Shown in pieces: positions 24,732 through 34,667 of a stretch of DNA of 64,000 bases. The stretch lies in assembly GCA_964252035.1 (NCBI GenBank), contig OZ176216.1, one strand, 5' to 3'. The stretch is from Podarcis erhardii (Eukaryota). The translations under genes were made by a program, and so were the position numbers. The notes beneath the pieces were generated by a model, which saw nothing but the letters and a program-made list of their open reading frames with translations, had not been told where the DNA came from and made no database searches. The number at the start of each line of letters is the position of its first letter. Position 1 is the first letter of the stretch.

Positions 24732-25551
24732 AAGTAAAGTATTGCACTTGGGCAAAAAAAATGAGAGGCACAAATACAAGATGGGTGATGGATGTAAAGT
24801 ATTGCACTTGGGCAAAAAAAATGAGAGGCACAAATACAAGATGGATGACACCTGGCTTGAGAGCAGTACATGTGAAAAGGATCTAGGAGTCTTGGTTGAC
24901 CACAAGCTTGACATGAGCCAACAGTGTGATGCGGCAGCTAAAAAAGCCAATGCAATTCTGGGCTGCATCAATAGGAGTATAGCATCTAGATCAAGGGAAG
25001 TAATAGTGCCACTATATTCTGCTCTGGTCAGACCTCACCTGGAGTACTGTGTCCAGTTCTGGGCACCACAGTTCAAGAAGGACACTGACAAACTGGAACG
25101 TGTCCAGAGGAGGGCAACCAAAATGGTCAAAGGCCTGGAAACAATGCCTTATGAGGAACGGCTAAGGGAGCTGGGCATGTTTAGCTTGAAGAAGAGGAGG
25201 TTAAGGGGTGATATGATAGCCATGTTCAAATATATAAAAGGATGTCACATAGAGGAGGGAGAAAGGTTGTTTTCTGCTGCTCCAGAGAAGCGGACACGGA
25301 GCAATGGATCCAAACTACAAGAAAAAAGATTCCACCTAAACATTAGGAAGAACTTCCTGACAGTGAGAGGTGTTCGACAGTGGAATTTGCTGCCAAGGAG
25401 TGTGGTGGAGTCTCCTTCTTTGGAGGTCTTTAAGCAGAGGCTTGACGACCATATGTCAGGAGTACTCTGATGGTGTTTCCTGCTTGGCAGGGGGTTGGAC
25501 TCGATGGCCCTTGTGGTCTCTTCCAACTCTATGATTCTATGATTCTATGAT
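24732..25551 (+). mobile_element. Young CR1 LINE, 5'-truncated
   Basis: Uninterrupted ORF2 C-terminus ([34 protein letters not shown]); (ATTCTATG)n tail; TCTTA duplicated at 24727-24731 and 25552-25556. Confidence 0.97.
24742..25470 (+). pseudogene. CR1 ORF2 C-terminal reading frame (242 aa, downstream of the RT core); transposon relic, not a host gene
   Basis: ORF track translation shows canonical CR1 motifs; lacks the endonuclease and RT catalytic core. Confidence 0.92.
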
Positions 25552-25977
25552 TCTTATTGTCAGAAAGTTATTCCCAATGTTTGGTCAGAGTCTCCTTTCT
25601 TGTCATGTGAATCCATTGGTTTGGGTCTTTCCCTCTAGAGCAGCAGAAAAGAAGCTTGCTCCATCTTCAGATATTTGAAGATGAGTATCACATCACCTCT
25701 CAGTCTTCTCTTCTCCAGGCTAAACATAACAACCCCCACAACGATGTGGAATTGAAATGGACCAGAAATTGTATGAACCATCCACCCCAGCTACAATGGC
25801 TATAAGCAACCTCCACTTCCAGTTTTCTGAGTACCAGCTGATGGTGAGCAGCCATGGGAAAGCACTGTTGCCTTTGCTTACTGCTTGTGGATTTCCCACA
25901 GGCATCAGTATGGAGGCTGTGGAACAAAGGATGCCAGGGGACCAGGCTGTAGCTGATGGTTGAAATGCCCTCCCTTC

Positions 25978-26977
25978 TGGCAATAAAAGGTTATTATTAT
26001 ATGTGGTGGCAATGTAAGGTAAAGGTAAAGGTACCCCTGACCGTTAGGTCCAGTCGTGGACCACTCTGGGGTTGCGCACTCATCTCGCTCTATAGGTGGA
26101 GGGAGCCAGCGTTTGTCCGCAGACAGCTTCCGGCTCATGTGGCCAGCATGACTAAGCTGCTTCTGGCGAACCAGAGCAGCGCACGGAAACACCGTTTCCC
26201 TTCCCACCAGAGTGGTACCTATTTATCTACTTGCAATTGATGTGCTTTCAAACTGCTAGGTGGGCAGGAGCAGGGACCGAGCAACGGGAGCTCATCCCAT
26301 CGCGGGGATTCGAACTGCTGACCTTCCGATTGGCAAGCCCTAGGCTCTGTGGTTTAGACCACAGCGCCACCCGCATCCCACTGTTGCAATGTAAAATCAT
26401 TTTTAAAAGGCCTGAGAGATTGGAAAGGCCTTTTCATATAAAGATTGGAAAGGGATGTAGAAAATGATTGTTGTTTTGTAAAAAATGAAGTTATGATATT
26501 GAGGTGTACAGGTTTTGTTGGACTTCTTCAATGAAATACTTAGTTCCTGTATTAAGAGTGGATGCTAGACCAAGACCAGCCAGCTCCTACAGAAGGAAGA
26601 AGCCTCTGCCAAAGAAGATAAAGAAGACTGGCAAAATAAATGATTGAACTATGCAGGACAAATCAAGAAACCCAAGACAGAAATATGACTCTGAAATTTT
26701 TTAAAAGAGACAAATGTTTAACGTATATCTTTTAAGCTTTGTGTATAGATTTTTACACTTGTATAACTTTTAAAAGTCACTTGTAATAAATTGAAGAAGG
26801 TTTAAAGTTGAAATATTAAGAGTATAAGGTTTTAAGGACATGTGTGAACTAGTATTAAACAATGGAACCAAGAGGGGGGAGGGAGGGAAGTCGAGCAAAA
26901 ATTATGGTTTAAAAATGTGTTGATGATGCTTTTGTTTGTTTTTTGAAATTTAATAAAATGTTATCAAGAAAAGAAAA
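25978..26977 (+). mobile_element. L1-clade LINE 3' fragment carrying a nested Sauria SINE
   Basis: 16-bp TSD GAAATGCCCTCCCTTC at 25962-25977 and 26978-26993; YYMWWQCK resembles the L1 HMWWxC knuckle; EDWQNK*LNYA motif; AATAAA at 26952-26957 and an A-rich tail. Confidence 0.85.
26018..26385 (-). mobile_element. Sauria SINE, full length, nested in L1
   Basis: Sauria consensus on the minus strand; 9-bp TSD GCAATGTAA at 26009-26017 and 26386-26394. Confidence 0.95.
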
Positions 26978-28039
26978 GAAATGCCCTCCCTTCCACCCAA
27001 AGGAGCCCTGAATGGCAAACAACTAAGCTGCAGAACTACTTACTCTGATGCAGCAAAGCTCTAACCAACCCAAACATTCCAGGTTTTTATTTTAGCATTT
27101 CTAATTTTTTTAAGGTCTCAAATACTCTGAATGTACTAAGGGGCTCTCTCCTGCGCATAGGGGTATTTTTCATTCAGTTGTACGCATTGCTGCAATCTGC
27201 TTTTTTCATACGACTAACCATCACATACTGATTGAAAAGGAGAGGTTTTTTTGGTGGGGGGCGGGGGGGGGGAGAAAGGTAATGACTCCCTCGGCTGTTT
27301 TGATATGTGCTTTGCCCATTTATAGTACATGAGCTTTATGGTCCCAGAGTGCTATTCAGGAAAATAAACTGTTATTTCTTCATCATAGCTGCTGGCGCAA
27401 AAGTCTTGGGCACCTTAAAGGCACACACACGAAACTACCCTGCCAGGAGATACTGGGCCAAGGAAGAACCATGAGATCAGCAGAATCACTGTGCTTGGCT
27501 CTTTGCTGGATTGTGCTACATCACACTGCAGGGGTAGGAAATGGCGGGAAGTCGGCATGGAGAAAGCAAGCATGTCATAGAGAAGACTAGGGTCCTTTGC
27601 AAAGGAAGGGGAAGCCTCTGCTCAGATAAATGGGGCTGACACGCCTCTTGCAAACTTGCAGTCCAGGGGCAGGGATAGAATCCATAAGATGAAAACCAGT
27701 CAAACTAGTTCCTCTGTTATGGTAATGACTTTGACTGGCTAGCTAAGTACCTCAGTTTACATGTCCAAAGAGGTTGGCAGAGAAACAACTGGGTGGGCCT
27801 TTACCCACCTCTGCTCACCTGGCTGGCAGGTAGAAAGAAGAACAATAGCCAGAGTTGGAGAGAGAGGCATGTTTACTCTGTGCTAGTTCTTCTGGTGGGT
27901 GAAGCCACTCCAGAGTCTCTCACCACTCAGGCATTGAGGTGGCATGTAACAATATTTAGGGGCAACTTGTTATTTGTGATTTGTATACTTGCATCCACTG
28001 CAGCATTGTAAGGGATTATGGGGTGGGCACTATGGATCA

Positions 28040-28148
28040 TACTGTCTACAGACAAACGCCGGCTCCCTCAGCCTGAAGCAAGATGAGCACAGCATCCCAT
28101 AGTCACCTTTGACTGGATTTAATTGTTCAGTGGTCCTTTATCTTTACA
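28040..28148 (+). mobile_element. Sauria SINE 3' fragment, old
   Basis: ACAGACAAACGCCGGCTCCCTC..AAGATGAGCAC..GTCACCTTTGACTGGA..CCTTTATCTTTA. Confidence 0.75.
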
Positions 28149-28479
28149 GACTAGTTGCATGGTGGTGGTGTGTGTATATGTGAAAGTTCCTTTAGAAAAA
28201 TCCATGTGTAGCTAGTTGCCAGAGCGAACGCATTAAAAGGCAGTGCAGAAGAACTTGCACTGAGTTTATATAAAACACACGGCGTTTTTACAACATTTCA
28301 GGTGCCTTGCCCAAGGACATTTGGTGATCTCACGGCAAAGGCGATTCTCAGCCATGATGCAATGCCAGCTCACAATGCCACTACAAAACTGTATCCATTT
28401 TATACAGGCATTGCTGTCAGAGCTACTGGAAGAGATGGATCATTGAAAATGTAATCTAGTGATGGCGCAGATATGCTGT

Positions 28480-28815
28480 TCAAAATGTGTGCTTCTCTGA
28501 ATTTTGTGGTGCAGTTCTTGCAGTTGCATATTGGGCAAAAGTGTATATAAAAACACTTGCATTAGTGAAAATGATGTACAAAATGCATATTTTGTATAAA
28601 ATGTGTACAAAAATGTGCATATTAGGCAAAAACTGGAATCAAAATACATATATTATGAGAAAAGTGCACTAAAATGCTAGTGAATCTTTGTGGGGGACCT
28701 TTTTTGGAAAAATAATAATAATTGCAGACTAATGTGGTGGTATGATGAAGTGAATTTAATACTGGAAAAATGAGAAACTGAGAGAAATTGAGGTCAATGG
28801 ATCCATACACCCCTG
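28480..28815. repeat. Unclassified AT-rich interspersed repeat (TGCA-rich, DNA-transposon-like)
   Basis: CTTCTCTGAATTTTG and AAATGTGCAT motifs also occur near 23940-24040; family not identified. Confidence 0.4.
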
Positions 28816-28962
28816 GCTCTGCCTTCAGGGGGAAACAGGGCAGCCCCAGGGTGGGCCCATTGTGCAAATCCTATACATGTCTACTCAGAAGTAAGCCCTG
28901 TTGACTTCCATGGGTTTTACATTCATTTTACTAGCATTGAAGCCTCAGTTTTATCATCAGCA

Positions 28963-28966
<4 letters not shown>

Positions 28967-29014
<48 letters not shown>
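28967..29014. repeat. (AT)n microsatellite
   Basis: Direct inspection. Confidence 0.97.
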
Positions 29015-29016
<2 letters not shown>

Positions 29017-31994
29017 AATTTAAGTAGCTGGGCCCACCACACATCAGTAATGGAAAGATGTCTTAACTTTATCCTTTGATGCCATCCTGATGCCTGTTCA
29101 CTGGCCCATATCCTCTTGAATTTTAACAAGCCAATCCATGCATTTTGTCTTTTTTTGCTGAGCCACTTAGCGGTGCACCGGAGGAGCAAAGGAAGAATCT
29201 ACTGACACAATGCAAATGAGAGGTGTCCGTGTCTGTCATGGGTAGCAGCATAACAATGTTAGCTTAATGGCAGATCCAGAATAAAAAGGAGCTTTAGTGG
29301 AGAAAATCACAAAGAAAGCCTTTGCCATTATCACCAATTTCCACCACTTCCCTTCCATCCTAGGATGAACTACCTCAGGCTTTCCTATCTGTTCATATTC
29401 ATTCAAGGAATATAATATGCCAAGGCTGTCTCTTGCGTTTAATTTGAAGCCTAGAACCAAACCATCTGCAAATGTCGGACTTGACAAGAACGCAGATGCC
29501 AATTAGTTTATAGTCCAAGTTTGCATCAAGGCTTTCCATTAATTCCTGCCTTTTGCTTTTAATTTGCTGCCTGTTGATTCCGCTCAGACAAGCAATGCAA
29601 CTCACTCATTGGATTGTTTTGTTTACGAGGAATGGATAGATAATGGAGAAGCAGCTGGTGCAAAAATTATGATGCTACATGCTGAGTTCGCCAAACTTCA
29701 TGTGGAGCTTTGCATCTGACTGTAGATAAAAAATGCAGGATTAGGCCACTGTCTCGGGCCCTCCTTGGGCAAATAAGCTGCAAACTTTGATATCCACAAT
29801 GCCTTGTTACATAAATGGTATTTTGCAGAAAATACCGCAGAAAGAGTGCAGTTATAGGGCTGAACTCCAGTAACTGTCAATCCAATCTTGGTCAAAATAT
29901 TGGGCTGACATGACTTAACATGGCAAACAATGGACAGCTAGGAATGGGGCTGACTGCCCTTGCTCCGTTTTGTGAGTCACAATGCTGACGTTGCTTTTGA
30001 AAGCAGCAGCCCAAATTCTTGTTTCCAACAATGTCTGGGGGGCATCACGTTGGCCACTCCTGCTGCAGCTGATGGACCTCAGATAACAAGGCTGCAGATT
30101 AGTAAGAATCATTTGTTCCACTAAGGGGGTATATAAATTCTGTTGAAAAAAAATTAATCTCTGGCGGAATCCTTGGAAAGCAGCTGTCAGTCAGAGTAGG
30201 AATCACAGGCTAGATGGAGCAATGGCCTGATTCAGTGTAAGGTGTCTATGTATTTATGGGTCCATAGCCATTCCTAAGCAAAGACAAGTGCAGTGGCAAG
30301 AAAAAATGAAGATTAGCACAAGGCTGGGTAGCTGATCGTGCTTATCTTTGTTCAATTGGCTTCTTACCAAGCAATCTGCCCAACACTTAATAAAATCTAA
30401 ACAAACATTTGGCCACAGGCTCTTTTCTCACCTAATTTGTTTTCCCCACCCCTTTCTTCTTTTTTCTCCAGCAGCCAAGGAGTCGCAAGATGTCAGTTTC
30501 ATAAAATTCTATTACGCCAAGTGTGGGAGAGTAGAAGGAGAAATCGTCTGATATTGCGAATGACCTCGATAAAATATACATGGCTGGGAGTAATGACATG
30601 TTTTGCTGCAAACACGCAAGTGCTCTCACTCTCAACAAATTTCCTCTTCGGGAGGAATTTGTTCCTGCTGAGTTGAAAACAAGGGCGAATCTTATCAGCC
30701 TTATTCTGAGCCTTCCCCCCCACCCCTACAAAATACTAGGGTTGGCATTATCATAAAGCAACAGGAAGCAATTGCTTGTGGTAGCAGATTTCAGAAGGGG
30801 CACAATTTGCCTGTCTCCACTCTTCATCTCTACCCCTCCCCCACAAAACCCCCAGATATTTCTGTCTAGACAGGGCCAGTTCCAGATCTTAGGTTGCCGG
30901 GGACAAAATGTTATCTGTACTTTCCTCTCCTCTATCAGCAGCCATCCTCCTCCATTGGTGGGCCCTGGAGAGTTTACCCAGCAGCAGTAGTGGACAGCAG
31001 CAGCAGTATTTCAAGCAATACCAAGTATGGTTTGGGCACCATTTTAATTTCCCATAATGCCCCCAATCTAGTGTTGCCCCGGGGCAATGTGGGAAATTAA
31101 ATTGGCAGCTACTCAGTGAGGCTGCTGTCTCCAGGCAGAAAAACACTGTGACATTGCAAATTGTTTTTCTACCTGGAGAGAGATGGGTGAGACCTCCTAG
31201 CCGTAGCAATACTTTTGGACTGAGAATGAATGAGTGCTACATGGGGATGTTTCAAAAGTATCCTTTCAGCTGGGATGTGTACCTATAGCTTGTAACTCCC
31301 TCAGCCTCACAGGGCCTTGATTCTGTGCAAGCTGCACATAGCTATAGATTTGCTGGGTGTCTCTGATAGCAGAGCCCTCATTTTAATCCAATTAGCTGCC
31401 AGGGCATCCTGGTCCCAGATCCAGGGGAGTTTCCCACTTTATCACGAGAAGCCAATCACAGATCTGGCATCCAGGGGCAAAAGAGTAGCTCCGCAAATGC
31501 ACTTGGAAAACCTCGGAGTCAGAGAGGCAGACAACTGAGGATTAATGTCAGGCCACAGGGGAAGTTCAGAGAGGACCAAAAAAGAAAAAGAGAAAAAAGC
31601 ATTTCAGACAGCCTGTTTTTGTTGTTAAGAAATTGTGCTCAAAGCCAAGCAGCTTTGGTGAGAGTGGATCAGCTTGGTTTGTGCGTTTTAAGAGGGCCAG
31701 CATCAAAGATTGAAAAATGTGTCAAACAGGGAGAGTGGAAAAACACTCTGATCTGGTTCATTTCCAGGCTGCAGAGCTTTCCCCTTCCCTCTGAAGTGCC
31801 TTTACCAGCACAGAAGGGGGGTTGTTTCCTGCTGCATTCAGTGGATTGCACAGCCCAGGTAGGCTGTCCAACAATCTTCCTTTTTGGGCCTGGGGGCTCA
31901 TAACTGGGCTGTCCTTCCCAATAATCCTAATGTATTATTTGCATTGGCTCTCTCCACCTTCATAGGCTGCCATTATCGACTCCTTCTTTGCTTC

Positions 31995-33046
31995 CCTCAC
32001 CTCAAAATGGATACCGTTCAGCTGGAAAAGGTTCTGGAAAGGGCAACTCAAGTGATTAAGGAGATGCAGTATCTCTCCTAGGAGGAAAGGTTGCAGAGTT
32101 TGGGATTTTTTAGATAAAAGTTGAGTAAGAGATGATATGATCGAAGCTTATAAAATTAAGCATGGTGTGGAGAAAGTGGGTAGAAGTTTTTCTCCCTCTC
32201 TCATAACTCCAGGACTCGGGGACATTCAATAAAGCTTATCGTTGGAAGTTTTGAGATGGATAAAAGAAAGAGCTTCTTCATGCAGCTCAGAGTGGAACTC
32301 ACTCCCAAAGAAGGCAGTGATGGCTACCAACTTGGATGGTTTTAAAAGAGGAATGGACAAATTCACATAGGTTGGCCATGTTCTACTTCCGCTGCTGTGC
32401 TTATAAATACAAGTTGCTGAGAACTGAGAAGTGTGTGGCTGTTGTGCTCATGTCCTGTTTATATGCTTCCTGTCATCACCTTGCCAACAAAGGTCCGTAT
32501 AGTTAAAGCTATGGTTTTCCCAGTAGTGATGTGTGGAAGTGAGAGCTGTACCATAAAGAAGGCTGATCGCCAAAGAATTGATGCTTTTGAATTATGGTGC
32601 TGGAGGAGACTCTTGAGAGTCCCATGGACTGCAAGAAGATCAAACGTATCCATTCTTAAGGAATTCAGCCCCGAGTGCTCACTGGAAGGACAGATCGTGA
32701 AGCTGAGACTCCACTACTTTGGCCACCTCATGAGAAGAGAAGACTCTCTGGAAAAGACCCTGATGTTGGGAAAGATTGAGGACACAAGGAGAAGGGGACG
32801 ACAGAGGACAAGATGGCTGGACAGTGTTCTCGAAGCTACCAACATGAGTTTGACCAAACTGCAGGAGGCAGTGGAAGACAGGAGTGCCTGGCGTGCTCTG
32901 GTCCATGGGGTCACGAAGAGTCGGACACGACTAAACGACTAAACAACAACAAAACAACAACAAAGGCATCTGATTGACCACTGTGGGGGGAAAGATGCAG
33001 GTCAAGATGGGCCACTGCCCTGATGCAGCAGGTTCTTCTTATGCTT
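31995..33046 (+). mobile_element. Decayed CR1 3' fragment, split by BovB (31995-32473 and 32964-33046)
   Basis: DTVQLEKVLERATQVIKEMQYLS resembles CR1 ELEKVQKRATKMIKG; the 3' UTR resumes after BovB at GGCATCTGATTGACCACTG. Confidence 0.8.
32474..32963 (+). mobile_element. BovB LINE 3' fragment, about 490 bp
   Basis: Open frame ITLPTKVRIVKAMVFPVV..RIDAFELWCWRRLLRVPWTARRSN..KSRTRLND* is the BovB ORF end; (CAA)n tail. Confidence 0.97.
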
Positions 33047-33306
33047 TTGTGGCTGGAGAACAGGGAGGTGGTGAGGTGCTCTGAGGAACTTTGTATACTA
33101 CTAAGGATGGTTATTTAGGCTGCTGTTTTTGGCTAATAAGCCATTCCTTTTGTGGGGTTTTATGCTGCTCTGAAAGTACCATAAATGACTGCCTGACTGA
33201 TGGAATCAATAATGGACTTTAGAGCGGCACATAGGCACATGCGTTTGTATTGCTTCAACATTTTGATGCTTGCACCCCTGGGCCCCTTTGGGAGGGTGAG
33301 ATAGGA

Positions 33307-33308
<2 letters not shown>

Positions 33309-33339
<31 letters not shown>

Positions 33340-33348
33340 GTCAGTCAA
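33309..33348. repeat. (AATC)n microsatellite, probably an L2 tail
   Basis: Direct inspection; preceded by L2-like CCCTGGGCCCCTTTGGGAGGGTGAGATA. Confidence 0.9.
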
Positions 33349-33616
33349 TTGGACTGTTACCAAGGGATGATCACCATGGTCTACCTAATATAAAAGATCT
33401 AGTAACTTCCAGGTTGGGTCACTGCAATGCATTCTAAAGAGAGCTGCCTTTTCAGTTGAGGTGGACACTTTAACTAGTGCAGAACGCTGCTGCATTTTGG
33501 GGGGGGGCACAACTGCATTGCACTGCTGCTGTCTTCCAAGACTCATTGTATGACATAGGAGACTGCCTCCTACCAAGTCCATAAAATTGGTCCATCTTGC
33601 TAAGTGCCATCTACAC

Positions 33617-33740
33617 CAGGGGTGGGAAACACCATGGCCCTCCAGGCTCCAACTTCCATCCACTTTCAGTCAACTTGGCCAACGGTCAGGGATGATGGCA
33701 GCTGCATCAACATTTGGAGGGCCAGAGTTTATCCACCTTG
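33617..33740. mobile_element. hAT-type MITE, decayed
   Basis: CAGGGGTGGGAAAC..GGCCCTCCAG..TGGCCAACGGTCAGGGATGATGG..TGGAGGGCC..CCACCTTG. Confidence 0.65.
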
Positions 33741-34619
33741 GTCCACTCTGGCTCATAGCAGTTCTTCAGAGTTTCAGGTGGAGATCTTACCCAGTCTTAC
33801 CTAGAGATCTCAGAAACTGAACCATGGACCTTTTCCATGCAAATCTGTCTTCTGTTTTCCTTGGGCATTACTTCTTGTCCTATAAGCAGAATCTCTTCTA
33901 CTTACACCTCACTTCCTGTATAGATTGCTCTCCCTAAAGAAGGCCATTGGGCTTAATCATTTATTGCCATTTAATTAAGACCTTTATGTGCATTGCGGCT
34001 CTTAGTTAATTAGTTAACCTCTCTCTCTTGATATAATTTTCTCAGTTTTTATTTTTACTTTTACCACTTATAGTTAGATTATATGTTTTTGCTATAAATG
34101 TTCAGTTTGACTTTGCCTGATATCTTGGGCAATGTATTGGAAGGCACTGGTGTCAGGTCCCCATTCGAAAACACTGTAATAGTGGCTCTTACTTATGAGT
34201 AAGGACGGCACCTTTAATAAGATTAATTTTGGTACAGGTTCAGCGACATGCACAAGGTCCAGAAATCATGATTCCAAGGTATGTGAGCAAGGCAAGAAGT
34301 TAATAACTGAATGGAAATATATAGCTATTCCAACAGGTGACACCAAGCTTTTGAAGAAGAGGTGAGGTGAGCTCACTCACAGAATCTCTCACCTTATGAG
34401 CCTGTTGCATGCATGCATTCATACTTTTTCTGGATACAGTAGGTGCATCTGATCCCACCTATGAAGGCAGTGCCTGGTTCTCAGTGACAATATTATCTCC
34501 TCACTTCTGCCTCTAGCTGTGCCACCTCTTCATCCTGTTCAGCCCCTCCCTCTAGCTGGTCAACCCATGCCTCCCAAAAAAGCTGAGTCTTCCATCAGAG
34601 GGGTGGTAAAGATAACTGT

Positions 34620-34620
34620 C

Positions 34621-34667
<47 letters not shown>
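34620..34667. repeat. (AGAC)n microsatellite
   Basis: Direct inspection. Confidence 0.97.

Larger units (their letters stand above)
24559..25738 (-). mobile_element. Older CR1 3' fragment, split into 24559-24731 and 25557-25738 by a younger CR1
   Basis: The two halves rejoin as ..CATAGCTCTTA|TTGTCAGAAAGTT.., the reverse of the CR1 ORF2 end. Confidence 0.85.

Noticed and set aside
24734-24850. CRISPR-like or other direct-repeat array
   Set aside because: Only two copies, inside a CR1 ORF in eukaryotic DNA, with no unique spacers or cas genes
24742-25470. Longest ORF (242 aa) as a host gene
   Set aside because: It is the CR1 ORF2 C-terminus with a CR1 3' UTR and tail; it has no native start context and is 5'-truncated
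34238-34284. Possible 41-nt exon ending CCAAG|GTATGT
   Set aside because: Poor acceptor, length not a multiple of three, no homology
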